A stretch of 64,000 bases of DNA from Diplonema japonicum (taxonomy: Eukaryota; Protista; Euglenozoa: Diplonemea). Location of the stretch: NCBI GenBank assembly GCA_964019335.1, contig OZ025709.1, forward strand, positions 62,001-126,000. The letters run 5' to 3'. The notes under the pieces are model-generated. The model ran no database searches. It saw only the letters and a program-made list of their open reading frames with translations, and was not told the DNA's origin. A program made the translations under genes and the position numbers. Below are positions 11,915 through 23,187 of this stretch, piece by piece. Each line of letters begins with the position of its first letter. Position 1 is the stretch's first letter.

Positions 11915-12559
11915 TTAAAAATCCAACCCGGCGCATAGATCCTCCTCCGCCTCCTGCAATGGGGTAAGTGGAGCGAGCTGGAGGGGCGTCGGGCTGGCCA
12001 GCACAACGCTGGCGAGCTGCTGCTCGTCCTTCTGGACATCACCGTCGACTGGGTCCTCGCCAAGCGACTGCCTCTGCTTTTTCGAAGGAGGGGAATGTTC
12101 CACAGGCGGGGGCGTGGCCTCGTGAGTCTCACTATGTAGCGCACAGTTCAAAGGGACGTGAAACAGGAGATTCTCCCTGCAGGCGATGAGGGACCGCGAA
12201 CCTTTTTCAAACTCCAACAATGACGTGTAAAAGAAGGCCACTGCTGTGCCTTTCGAACCCACTTGTGGAGCTGCAGATAGCAACCCGTGATGCAGGGTGA
12301 CAGGGATGCACCCTGACCCGTCTGATAGCATCACGAGCTTCCCCCCGCCCTCCTCTACCATCACCCTGCTCACCACTCCTGTGCAGTATTTTATTTTTGG
12401 CTGTGCCACCGTTCCCTCGCAGATATCTTGGAGTCTCGTCACCTCCTCCCCAGCATGGTGCTCGTGCACCCATTCCATCAGTAGACGCCATGCGCTGCTC
12501 TCTTCAACGTTAAGTTCATGTCTTCGGCTCCCACCTGACGTTTGTGTCAACTGTGCCAT
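11915..12559 (-). CDS. Hypothetical protein, possible OB-fold (HROB/DUF4539-like)
   Basis: 214-aa ORF; GVVSRV..LVMLSDGSGCIPVTLH resembles the OB-fold L-x-D-x-S/T-G pattern. Confidence 0.55.
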   Translation of the reverse strand: MAQLTQTSGGSRRHELNVEESSAWRLLMEWVHEHHAGEEVTRLQDICEGTVAQPKIKYCTGVVSRVMVEEGGGKLVMLSDGSGCIPVTLHHGLLSAAPQVGSKGTAVAFFYTSLLEFEKGSRSLIACRENLLFHVPLNCALHSETHEATPPPVEHSPPSKKQRQSLGEDPVDGDVQKDEQQLASVVLASPTPLQLAPLTPLQEAEEDLCAGLDF

Positions 12560-12594
12560 GCGGCTTCGCCTGTGGGTTGGTTTTCTTTAAAATA

Positions 12595-12640
<46 letters not shown>

Positions 12641-12872
12641 TAAGAAAATACAGAAGTAGAGCATGAGGAGATTCGAACGCGGCAGGGGGGAAATAAATTC
12701 TTTTTCTTTTTTATTTTTAAAAAAAAAGGGGGGGGGGGGACAAAATTAAAGAGGGAAGAGTTCCCTTTTTTTTTTTGTTTCTTCTTTTTTTATTTAAAAA
12801 GAATACATATGCAGTTGAAAAGAAAAAAAAAGGGGGGGAGGGGAGCGTAACGTAAATATACGAATAGAGCGC

Positions 12873-15800
12873 TTAACAAAAGCATGAAAAAGATTTTCTC
12901 CCCTTTTCAAACAAAAACACAGCAGCAGCAGGGCTGCTTCCGTCCAATACACCAATGCTTGCGTGCAAAAGTGTCTCGGGTCGCACCCTGCGGTGCCGTC
13001 TTATAAAAAATAGACCATCACACGATAGCCACTGCCACAGTGGGAGCCAGTCGGTGATGACGCTGTCACAGTGCAAGTAAAGTGATGTGTTATAAGCATG
13101 CTTTCCTATACGCTCGCTTGAGTGCTTTGCCCCTATCTCCAGAGTAACCCGGACATCTGTGGCCATTGCATCCTCACAGTACTGCACCCACCGTCTCACG
13201 TGTTCTGAAAAGATAGCGTCGCTCTCTATCTTCTTGTAGTTGCTGTGGTTAGCCAGAGCGTTGTGGTAGTCTGTCTCCTCATATTCCTCCAACTGCGGCA
13301 TCGTCATCTCGTTGATACACAATGTACTCAGCTTGACAGCCTTCAGCACATTCTGGAATGGGATTGCTATTTCGTGCAAGCAATGGAGCCCCTCCGGCCT
13401 TTCGTCAGCATTGATGTCTTCATCATACAGCTGATCAACTGGCCTCAGCACACCTTCCACATCAGGTGCAACCAATCTCTTGCAGTCCGGTTCAGGGAGA
13501 TTCGGAGACGACTTTACTGCATCCAAGCACTTCAACCATATGTTGTTTTGCGTCTCCTCAGAACACTTTGAAGGGGGCAGTGCAAGCCCTTCAAGGACAG
13601 CTAAGTAGTTCCCTACTGACAGCTTGTCTTCGATGTGCCCAAACACGGGGTAGCCACTCATGCAACGTGGCAACCGTGTCACGAATGGCTCTAGAGAGTC
13701 AGCGATGCCGTCGTGTGTCACCTGCCAGCTTTCCATGAACTGCTGCAACTTGTCACTCCATATCCACTTTCCCGATCTCGTCGCATCCATCATCCAGTGT
13801 TGGGATGATCTCCTTCAAGACGCGTGAGTAGCATGCGGGGTCAATGGCACACTTGTTTGGGATCAAACAGTTCAGCAAAACCTCTTCTACACTAGCGCTG
13901 GGCACCTCAAAGCAGCGCGTGTGGCATGTCTCCTCGCGAACAAGCATCTTGAAGTCCAGCCCCGTCTCTGCGATGGTGTTCACGAGCTGCTCGTGCATGT
14001 CAGGAGGAAGTGTCGCGACCTACGGAGGAGGAGGTCATCTCTGAGCCTGGAAACTTCATGAAGAGAGGAAGTGATTTGAGGCTCCAGGCATGCTCCCTGA
14101 GAATGGGTTCACTCGCATCTTCAAGCATCCTGCGCACTCTCAGCCACTCCTTCGCGGGTGCGGTGACCAGGTCCGGTTCCACAATCCTTCTTCTTGCAAG
14201 AGCCTCAGCAAAGCTGTCAGGACTGTACTGCAAGAACAAGCGTTCGCAGATGTGCCTGGGGACATCGGAGGAAGCAAGTACGAAAACACCACACGCCGCC
14301 AAGATCTCTACCAGCTCGCTGCCTAGCTTCCCGATGTCATAAAAGGTGCTTCTGCGGCTGCTGAATTCTATGACATCCCCACTACCACGAGCGCCTTCAA
14401 CCGGGACCACCAAAGGCCCCAAGACATCTATGCCTTCGGTTCCCAGGTTTGTTTCCTGTGTTGCTTCTGCCAACCACCCCCAAAGAGCTTGTTTCTGACC
14501 GGTCGAGATGTCTCCCTGCAACTGAAACACCCTAGCCACAGTGTCGTAGTCGAGAGTGCTCAGCGTCTTCGCCTTGTGCAGTCTTATGGCCGTCTCGATA
14601 GGCACGTCGGCAACACGAGCCGACCCTACACCAACAAAGCTCTCTAGAAGTACCTTTTCAGCATTTGTCTTCAAGGCAATGATGGGCTGCGGCATTCCGG
14701 CTGTCGGGAGTGCCACAACGCTGTCACACCCAAAGAGGGGGCACAAGTTGCAGCCACTAACATCACCTCCATCGCTGAGGCAGTACTCCAGGACCGCCCA
14801 CGTGTCCTCGCGAGACCGCAAACTCGTCCGAATGGTTTCTGGTGACTCCTGCTGGCACCCTTTCTGCACGTTTTCAGCGGCAGCGTGTCCACGGAACCAC
14901 TCGCGCAGTGAACTTGGTGTGAGGCGCAGGTGCTCTCTTCCCGCATGGCAAATAGCATCCACAAGCTCCCTTCGCATACGCACACAGGGAGTCCCATCAA
15001 GGGGGAGGTTACAGGAGTCTTCTTCACACAAGAACAAGCACTCGCTGACTGGTCTCTCGCCAACCGGGGTGCGAAAGGTGCTGTGCAGGAACAGCTCGAA
15101 GAAGCTCTTCTCGAGCAGCCCCATGAGTCCGCCCAAACGTAACGGCCATGTGCGCTCGATGACACGGGCGGCCTCCTCACTAGGGTCTGCACGCACGTGC
15201 TCCTGCAGAGTAATCAAACACCTCGGGACCAGATGGCCAAGTATCTTTTGATTCCACTGTGCCTTCAGCAGGTCGTTACCTGCCAGATCTTCCCCCTCGC
15301 GGAGATCGCGCCGACTGGAGGACAGCTCGAAGAAGGCGTTAGCGTTGAAGCTGATAGAAAAGTCCTTCGGAATCATCAGAAAGCAGAACAACCTGCCCTC
15401 CGCGGGAGTGTCAGCACAACTTACAGCTACTTGAACAAACGGAACGAACCTCGAGTTTTCCACTTTGGGAACGTGCTCCGTCACCCAGCGGAGTACCTCG
15501 TCAGTCCAGATAGCACGAAACGTACCACTTGACACGAGAGACGAGTTCCTCGCCTGCAAAGTGGTTGATCCTCACCTGCGCCACCTTCCTGGCTAGCTTC
15601 GGCTTGTACCTCGGGATGCAGTCAAACTGGTTTGGACCCACTTCATTTAGCATTTCAAGCATAACCTTCCTCATCTCATGCCACTCCCTCCCACTTTCAC
15701 CTTCTTCGACAACGTAGCTGTACCTGTGCACCCCATCGCGCCCGTCTGAGTGGTTGGTGTCGGCACTGATGCTCGTCAGGGACTTCAGAAATGGGAGAGC

Positions 15801-16499
15801 AGAGCTGCTTTCACACTGAAACTCTTGGATGAGTTGCAAAACATCAGCAGCGGGGAAAGCCTGTGAACTGATCTTCGACAAGCGGGCGGTTTCCTCGGTG
15901 CGCAGCACGAAACGAAAGGCGGTGCCCTTGAAGGACTTCTTCTCCTTATCGTAGTACTGGTCAAAAAAGGGACCGAAATCTTGCATGTGACCCAACAGAT
16001 GCTCGCTTGTTGTTTTCCACCTGCGCGCGAAGGGAGTCTTGTTGTCTTCTGCAAGCAGCACATTTTGGTGCGGGTCCATAACACAGTACTCTTCCCCACT
16101 CACGAACGACGGCAAGTCGGTGAGGCTGTACACCGAAGTGAAGCCCAAACCGAACTTTCCCGTAGCAATCGCGGTTCCCTGTTTTTTTGATTGCCCCATG
16201 TTTCGAATTGAATCAAAGTCCTGCTCTTTGAAATACCCGTCATTGTACACGAGAAGGGCAGGCATGGCCCGCTGTGTTTCGAAGTGTTCCAACAGGTAAG
16301 GACCATTGCTCTCCGCTTCCTTCGGAGGTACGTACAAAAATATCTTGAAAGTAGTCGCACCTGCGTCATCGGCGTTTTGAAGAAGCTCACGACCTTGACA
16401 CCCCAACGGGTAGTCGCCTAGGCAGCGCTTGATGTCCTCTGTGATGGACATCTCTCTTATCAGGATCTCGCCTTCATCAGCAAGTACATCACGACTCAT
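12873..16499 (-). pseudogene. Sacsin-like gene (HSP90-like HATPase/SIRPT) interrupted by three frameshifts
   Basis: ELLQNADDAGAT, YNDGYFKEQDF, GKFGLGFTSVY, GTAFRF, GRLFCFL, NAFFELSSSRR, WNQ; split over four ORFs (16499-15501, 15559-14000, 13998-13753, 13793-12873). Confidence 0.75.
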
Positions 16500-17198
16500 C
16501 TTTGATGCTGAAATGTTGTTGTGTAACGGGTGTTTACTATTTTCTTTTTTTTTTTTTTGTGGGCTGTAATTTGTGAAGATAGAAGAAGAATGACATTGGT
16601 TGCTAGAAGAAGATATGGGTTGCGAAAACATAAAAAAAAAAAAATATATATATGAGTTAAAGGAGGCCGGTGTTGGCGGCGCCCTAAAAAAAAAAAAAAG
16701 AAGAAGAAGAAAGAATATAATGTAGATGGAGAGGGGTATAGACACCATCTCTGCAACTGGGGCAGGCAGGAGGGGTATTTTCTTTTTCATCCCCCCTCCC
16801 GCTCCTCCCCCAGAAAACCGAGTATTGCTAAAGAATGGCACCACCGTTGTGTTTGGGTTGATTCTTTTTGTCCTGTGTTGATTGTAGAATAGTTTCAACT
16901 GGGTCGTTTTTTTTTTTTTTTTTTTTTTTCTTTTTTTTTTTTTTTTGCAGGGGGTTTTTTTTTTCCACCTTTTCTGAAAATTACTTTCACCGTGAAGTAA
17001 TAGGGTACAGTAATTTTCAGAGTGTCGTGAAAGCAAACCACTGGCTTACCGCTAAGAATGGCTTTAACCGTCCCCTCGGGCTCCGCTTTTCTTACCAATG
17101 CGAAAACCTCGAGGCGGCGGTTAAAGTTACTTACTTGTTGGCAAGAAATAGTTCGATACGTAAATTAAAAAAAAAAAAAAAAATAGAAGTCTACACCA

Positions 17199-19175
17199 TC
17201 ACACCATATCCCTGCAGGTTTGCGGATCGTGCATTTCTGTATCTTGCCCCGCGGCGTCTTCTCGCTCATTCCTCCGGACCTGCCACTTGAACACGGCTAT
17301 CCCCACAGTGAGCCCGAGAACCACCGAAATTCCCGTGATCATTAATAAAGTAGCAAGCTCATCATCATCATTATCACTGTCACCCTCCGTAATTCCAGGG
17401 GTAGGAGGGCGGGTGCTGCTGCTCTCCCAAAGTTCGAGTACCGACATCCTGTCATTCGCCACATACGCCATGTTCCCTACCACTGCGATGCCACCAACCT
17501 TTGTTAAAGCGTAACTCTCGAGGACCTGCGGTGCAGAAGAGTTGCTCACATTGATCACCCGCACGCCTTTGGCGCCGGAGACAACGGCAGTGTCCCCAGT
17601 CACCACCACGTCTTTTACAAATGTGAAATCTCGCAACTCGACTGACCCGATGACACTGGGTGCCGATGGTGTGGCAGCATCGATTACGAAGAGGCTGCCA
17701 GCACCTGCGACATAAACGGTGGTCCCGCTTGCCACCAGGGCTTCTACTATTCCAGGTAGCCTTAAACTCGCGATTCGGGCTGGAGCAGAAGTATTCCCCA
17801 CATCAATTAAGATCAAGCCTTCGAACAGGTTTGCAGTGTATGCCACTGTACCCGACACCGACACAACACCTGCCTGTGCCCTGTAGACGCTAATGGTTGT
17901 GATGTCCTCGGGCTTGCTGACATCGAGCAGGTGCAGCCCGCTAGACCCCACGTAAGCTATCGTCCCAACTATTTGGAAACCTATAGCACAGTTGAATTGC
18001 GGTTTGAACCTCCCCAGACGTCTTGGTTGGCTGGGGGTGCTCACGTCAAATGTATAAAAGTATAGGCACGTGCCCACATAGACAATGCTCCCTACCACCT
18101 GCACAGTAGTACTTGTCTGGACGGCACCACCGTCTGTGTTCTCGCTGTAGAAACCCACAATCCTTGGAACCGCTGGGTTTTTGATGTCCACCACCTGTAA
18201 TAATGCACCACCCGCAATATATGCATAGTCCCCAGAGACAGCCACGTCCTTCGCCCCGCCGGGCCGATTGAAGTCCCCCAGCAGCATTGGGTTCGATGCA
18301 TTTGCCACATCAAATACTTGGATCCCGTCACCAGCTATATATGCGGTAGTCCCTTCCACCTGGACGAAACCTCTGTTGGTGCTCGACCTGTTGGCCAAGC
18401 CCACAAGCAACGGGGTGTCCGTGCTCACATCAATGATCCTGAAACGCCTGTTGGCAAGGTAGACAGTGTTGTCCACAATGACGAAGATGGCATTTCCACC
18501 TTCACTGTACTCAGCTGTGAAGGAGGGTGCCGAAGGGTCCGTCACGTCGAAGATGAGGAAGCTGCTATAGGTGCCCACGTAGGCGGTGTTGCCAGAGACA
18601 CGGAAGCTTGTAGCAGTGAACTTGTCTATCCCCAAGGAGCCGAGGAGGACAGGGTCCGAGGGGGTGCTGAAGTCGATGATCTGAAGGTCAAGAGGACTGC
18701 CGCCCAAACTATAGACAGTGGTGTCCACAACGAAGAGATTCTTGGAGGCGTTGAAATTGTAGCTGCCGAGAAGCTTGGGGGTTGTGGGGTCTGCCACATC
18801 AAGGGCAAGAATAACCCCTTCCAGGGACCTCACGTAAGCAATGCCTGCAGACAAGTACACCTCCGAGCAGGGGTCGGAGTACCGACCAACCACAGACCCC
18901 GCTTGCACAACCTGAAGCCCAGTGATCGCATCTGCCACATAGATGGTACTTCCCGCCACTTCCACACCCCTTGCGTCCCCCATTGCAAGGTTCCATAGTA
19001 TTGTCATCTCCATGGGGTTCCTCACGTCCACTGCTGCCAAACCAGAAGACCCATCTGCGGTATAGGCCGTGCCTCCAACTACTTTTATGCTCTTCACGCG
19101 ATCAAGTGTGACCGTTTGTCCCAACAGTGTAAGGCTCGCAACCACTGCTGCATAGGTCACGCAAAGAAGAGCCAT
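17199..19175 (-). CDS. LVIVD-repeat beta-propeller type-I membrane protein, paralogue A1
   Basis: Hydrophobic N-terminus; ~13-14 repeats of V-x-G-x-x-AYV..GL-x-I/V-x-DV-x-x-P-x-x-P-x-x-LG; C-terminal TM (LATLLMITGISVVLGLTVGIAVF). Confidence 0.88.
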   Translation of the reverse strand: MALLCVTYAAVVASLTLLGQTVTLDRVKSIKVVGGTAYTADGSSGLAAVDVRNPMEMTILWNLAMGDARGVEVAGSTIYVADAITGLQVVQAGSVVGRYSDPCSEVYLSAGIAYVRSLEGVILALDVADPTTPKLLGSYNFNASKNLFVVDTTVYSLGGSPLDLQIIDFSTPSDPVLLGSLGIDKFTATSFRVSGNTAYVGTYSSFLIFDVTDPSAPSFTAEYSEGGNAIFVIVDNTVYLANRRFRIIDVSTDTPLLVGLANRSSTNRGFVQVEGTTAYIAGDGIQVFDVANASNPMLLGDFNRPGGAKDVAVSGDYAYIAGGALLQVVDIKNPAVPRIVGFYSENTDGGAVQTSTTVQVVGSIVYVGTCLYFYTFDVSTPSQPRRLGRFKPQFNCAIGFQIVGTIAYVGSSGLHLLDVSKPEDITTISVYRAQAGVVSVSGTVAYTANLFEGLILIDVGNTSAPARIASLRLPGIVEALVASGTTVYVAGAGSLFVIDAATPSAPSVIGSVELRDFTFVKDVVVTGDTAVVSGAKGVRVINVSNSSAPQVLESYALTKVGGIAVVGNMAYVANDRMSVLELWESSSTRPPTPGITEGDSDNDDDELATLLMITGISVVLGLTVGIAVFKWQVRRNEREDAAGQDTEMHDPQTCRDMV

Positions 19176-20146
19176 ACACGGTCCTGAGGTGGGGTTGTGG
19201 GGGCTGGGGGAAAAGAAAAAAAGAGTGAGACAAAGGAATGCGGAAGCTGTTGTACTATGGCCTAGGTATCTCTTTCCCTACGATCGGCTCGACCCCCAGA
19301 GCGTTAGGGGTCAAAGTACAGGTTCCTTGAGGGACCCACCGTCTTCCTCGGTCTGTTGCACCACTTCAAGCTCTAGAGCCATGCAATATTCGTTACAATA
19401 TTTTTTTTTCACTTTTTCAATTGAGGCTATTGACGTTTTCTTCAATGGGAACTCATTGTCGTCTAGATTATTAGCCCTGTTATGATACTGACTTTCTTCC
19501 ACAAAAACAAAAAAAAAAAAAAAAAAAAAAAAAAAACGGAAGAACATGACAAAAAAGATAAAACAAAACGAACCACAGAATAGAGGAAATTCTTTTTCCT
19601 TTTTTTTTTTTTTTTTTTGTTGCTGCTTTTAGCAGCCTTGGAGGTGTCGGGCCGCGGCTCATTTTGTGCTGAGTTCGGGGAACATCTACCGAATAAGAAT
19701 CAGCGAAAACACCAAAAAAAAAAAAAAAAAAAAAAAGGAAGAGTACAGGTAGTGATTTGGATAAGAGTAATTTCCCTCCAGGAGATGCTTTCTTTTTCCA
19801 GAATCTTTATTCATTTTTTTTTTTCTATTCCCGTTTTTGCGGTAGTTGAAAGGTTTTCCCCGCAAAAAAAAAAAAAAAAAAAAAAAAAAAATTCAATTTG
19901 TTCACTTGTTCGTAAGAAATTCACCCTCATCAAAGAATCACCCGCTGTTTGGCGAAATAAAAAGGTTGTTCTAAGCATTTCTGGTATCGTATCCTAGCAG
20001 CCTTCTCCGTCTTGGTCGTCTCGAGTGTACCTATGAGTGGAAGGCGGGTGATTTGCTCATAGTCTACGGCGGTGGGTTCTCCTAGACTGACATCGTTAAA
20101 GGGAGGCTATAAACAACAACAAAAAAAGCAAGCGCCCCCTCCCCGT

Positions 20147-22156
20147 TCACACCACATCCCGTGCCGGGGCACAAATTTGCGGATCGTGCATTTCTGTATC
20201 TTGCCCCACGGCGTCTTCTCGCTCATTCCTCCGGACCTGCCACTTGAACACAACTATCCCTACAGTGAGCCCGAGTGCCGCTGAAACGCCAATAATGAGG
20301 AATATCATAGCATATCCATCGTCAGCATTGTCACCAGGTGCTGTGGTCCCGACGGGTGAAGGAGTGTGAGGGCTGTTCTCCCAAAGTTTGAGCACCAACA
20401 TTCCATCTTGAGCTAAATATGCCAGGTTCCCTACCACTGCTATGCTTAGTACATGTGAGGAAGTCGGGTACTTCTCGAGGACCTGCGGTGCAGAGGAGTT
20501 GCTCACGTTGATCACCTGCACGCCTTTAGTGCCGGAGGCAACAACGATGTCCCCAACCACCACCACGTCTTGAATGACATCTCTGAAGTCATCTGACTCA
20601 ACAGAGCCAACGATGACGGGTGCCGATGGTGTGCTCGCATCGATCACAAAGAGACCACTGCTCCCCCCAAGATAAACAGTGGTCCCGCTTGCCGTCAATG
20701 TCTCTGCCCTTCCAGGTGTTTTCAAGGTGCCGATTCGGGTTGGAGCAGAAGTATTCCCCACATCAATTAAGATCAAGCCTTCGAACATGTTAACTGTGTA
20801 TGCCACTGTACCCGACACCGACACAACACCGATCTGAGTTCTGTGGACACCAATCACGGTGATTTCTTGAGGCTTGCTGACATCGAGCACGTGCAGCCCA
20901 CTAATCGTAACATTATGTGAATTGAACCCCACGTAAGCTATCGTCCCAATTATTTGCACAGAATCAGAGCAGGCGAATGACCCTGGATTGAATTCTCCCA
21001 GAAGTCTTGGTTGGCTGGGGGTGCTCACGTCAAATATGTAAAAGCTCTCGCACGTGCCCACATAGACAATGTTCCCCACCACCTGCACAGCACGGCCCAA
21101 AATTTCGTTACGGCCTTCGAACTTGCTGTAGAAACCCACAACCGATGGAGCCGCTGGGTTTTTGATGTCCACCACCTGCAACAGTGCACCACCCGCAATA
21201 TATGCATAGTCCCCAGAGACAGCCACGTCATGTGCCCCGCCAGGCCGATTGAAGTCCCCCAGCAGCATTGGGTTCGATGCATTTGCCACATCAAATACTT
21301 GGATCCCGAAACCAGCTATGTATGCGGTGGTCCCTTCCACCTGGACGAAACCTCTTCTGGTGCTCGGCCTGTTGGCCAAGCCCACAAGCAACGGGGTGTC
21401 CGTGCTCACATCAATGATCCTGAAACGTTGGTTGGCAAGGTAGACAGTGTTGTCCACAATGACGAAGATGGCATTTCCACCTTCACTGTACTCAGCTGTG
21501 AAGGAGGGTGCCGAAGGGTCCGTCACGTCGAAGATGAGGAAGCTGCTATAGGTGCCCACGTAGGCGGTGTTGCCAGAGACACGGAAGCTTGTAGCAGTGA
21601 ACTTGTCTATCCCCAAGGAGCCGAGGAGGACAGGGTCCGAGGGGGTGCTGAAGTCGATGATCTGAAGGTCAAGAGGACTGCCGCCCAAACTATAGACAGT
21701 GGTGTCCACAACGAAGAGATTCTTGGAGGCGTTGAAATTGTAGCTGCCGAGAAGCTTGGGGGTTGTGGGGTCTGCCACATCAAGGGCAAGAATAACCCCT
21801 TCCAGGGACCTCACGTAAGCAATGCCTGCAGACAAGTACACCTCCGAGCAGGGGTCGGAGTACCGACCAACCACAGACCCCGCTTGCACAACCTGAAGCC
21901 CAGTGATCGCATCTGCCACATAGATGGTACTTCCCGCCACTTCCACACCCCTTGCGTCCCCCATTGCAAGGTTCCATAGTATTGTCATCTCCATGGGGTT
22001 CCTCACGTCCACTGCTGCCAAACCAGAAGACCCATCTGCGGTATAGGCCGTGCCTCCAACTACTTTTATGCTCTTCACGCGATCAAGTGTGACCGTTTGT
22101 CCCAACAGTGTAAGGCTCGCAACCACTGCTGCATAGGTCACGCAAAGAAGAGCCAT
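20147..22156 (-). CDS. LVIVD-repeat beta-propeller type-I membrane protein, paralogue A2
   Basis: Start at MALLCV (22156) by identity with A1; N-terminal ~240 aa identical to A1; TM and tail conserved. Confidence 0.88.
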   Translation of the reverse strand: MALLCVTYAAVVASLTLLGQTVTLDRVKSIKVVGGTAYTADGSSGLAAVDVRNPMEMTILWNLAMGDARGVEVAGSTIYVADAITGLQVVQAGSVVGRYSDPCSEVYLSAGIAYVRSLEGVILALDVADPTTPKLLGSYNFNASKNLFVVDTTVYSLGGSPLDLQIIDFSTPSDPVLLGSLGIDKFTATSFRVSGNTAYVGTYSSFLIFDVTDPSAPSFTAEYSEGGNAIFVIVDNTVYLANQRFRIIDVSTDTPLLVGLANRPSTRRGFVQVEGTTAYIAGFGIQVFDVANASNPMLLGDFNRPGGAHDVAVSGDYAYIAGGALLQVVDIKNPAAPSVVGFYSKFEGRNEILGRAVQVVGNIVYVGTCESFYIFDVSTPSQPRLLGEFNPGSFACSDSVQIIGTIAYVGFNSHNVTISGLHVLDVSKPQEITVIGVHRTQIGVVSVSGTVAYTVNMFEGLILIDVGNTSAPTRIGTLKTPGRAETLTASGTTVYLGGSSGLFVIDASTPSAPVIVGSVESDDFRDVIQDVVVVGDIVVASGTKGVQVINVSNSSAPQVLEKYPTSSHVLSIAVVGNLAYLAQDGMLVLKLWENSPHTPSPVGTTAPGDNADDGYAMIFLIIGVSAALGLTVGIVVFKWQVRRNEREDAVGQDTEMHDPQICAPARDVV

Positions 22157-23187
22157 ACACGGTCCTGAGGTGGGGTTGTGGGGGCTGGGGGAAACGTTGA
22201 ACGAGAGGAGAGGGAAAAAAAAAGAACAAGAAAGCGGGTCATGAAATGCTTTATCTGGGGCGCCCTGACCCCGGTCCTGCACCCAGCGCGAGCTACAGTG
22301 GTGAACCTCCAAAAAAGAAAAATATTAAAAGGGAAAATACTGGGGAATTTTGCCCTTTTTTTTTTTAATTACCACCTCCTTTTCTTTTCCACGAAAAAAA
22401 GTAAGGAGGGGAAGGGAACTAAAACAAGGAGTTAGGAAAGAAAGAATAGTCTTGCTGTGTATTGCTGTACAATATTCTGTCACAAGCGTTCATTCACAGT
22501 ACCAAGAGAAGCAATAATTTTAAAAAAAAAGAGAATTTATCACATTTCTGCCAGATGAGCTTTCTGACCAGTTGAAGTGATGAGGAAGGAAAAAAAATGA
22601 GTCATACGATATTTGTTTGAAGGTTGGAACCCATAATCTTCCATGTCAATAAATCGCAGTACCAAAGGGGCGACACAGGAAAAAGAAAACCAGGGGAGGC
22701 TCCGTTGCTCTCCACCTTTTCTTTTTCTTCCTTTTCGAGGGCTTCCGAGGCACAGGATTAACAATGAAACTGGGAAACTGTATTGTAGTCTAAGGGCAAA
22801 ATAAAGAAAGAGAGGGAATTCAGATAGAAAATGGGAGAATTTTCATTTTTGCTTTTTTTTCCCTTTTCTAATTCCAAGGGGTGGGTTGCCCCCACCGTGT
22901 TGTTGAATGCAACACGGTTGGAAGAGAAGTGAAAATTGCAACCAAAGAAAAGGTGTCATTGAAGGGAACAACATAAAAAAAATTCACTATGATAGGAACG
23001 AAGTGGTTAGCAACGGCCCGCCGCGGTGGCGTGCCTACCTTATGATGCTCCCCTTTTGGGGTCGTTCCCTGAAAAAAAAAAAAAAAAAAAAAAAAAAAAG
23101 CACACAGGACAGATTTTGATGAACTACAACAACGGCTTCCACCCATCAGCTCTAGACTTGTCGACAAGAGTAGGCTGCACAACCTAT

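Noticed and set aside
15497-15525. 29-nt GT..CTGAC..AG candidate intron at the first sacsin frameshift
   Set aside because: Removing it does not join the two coding frames
19311-19547. Short ORF between LVIVD A1 and A2
   Set aside because: No convincing start or homology; may be a relic but cannot be supported
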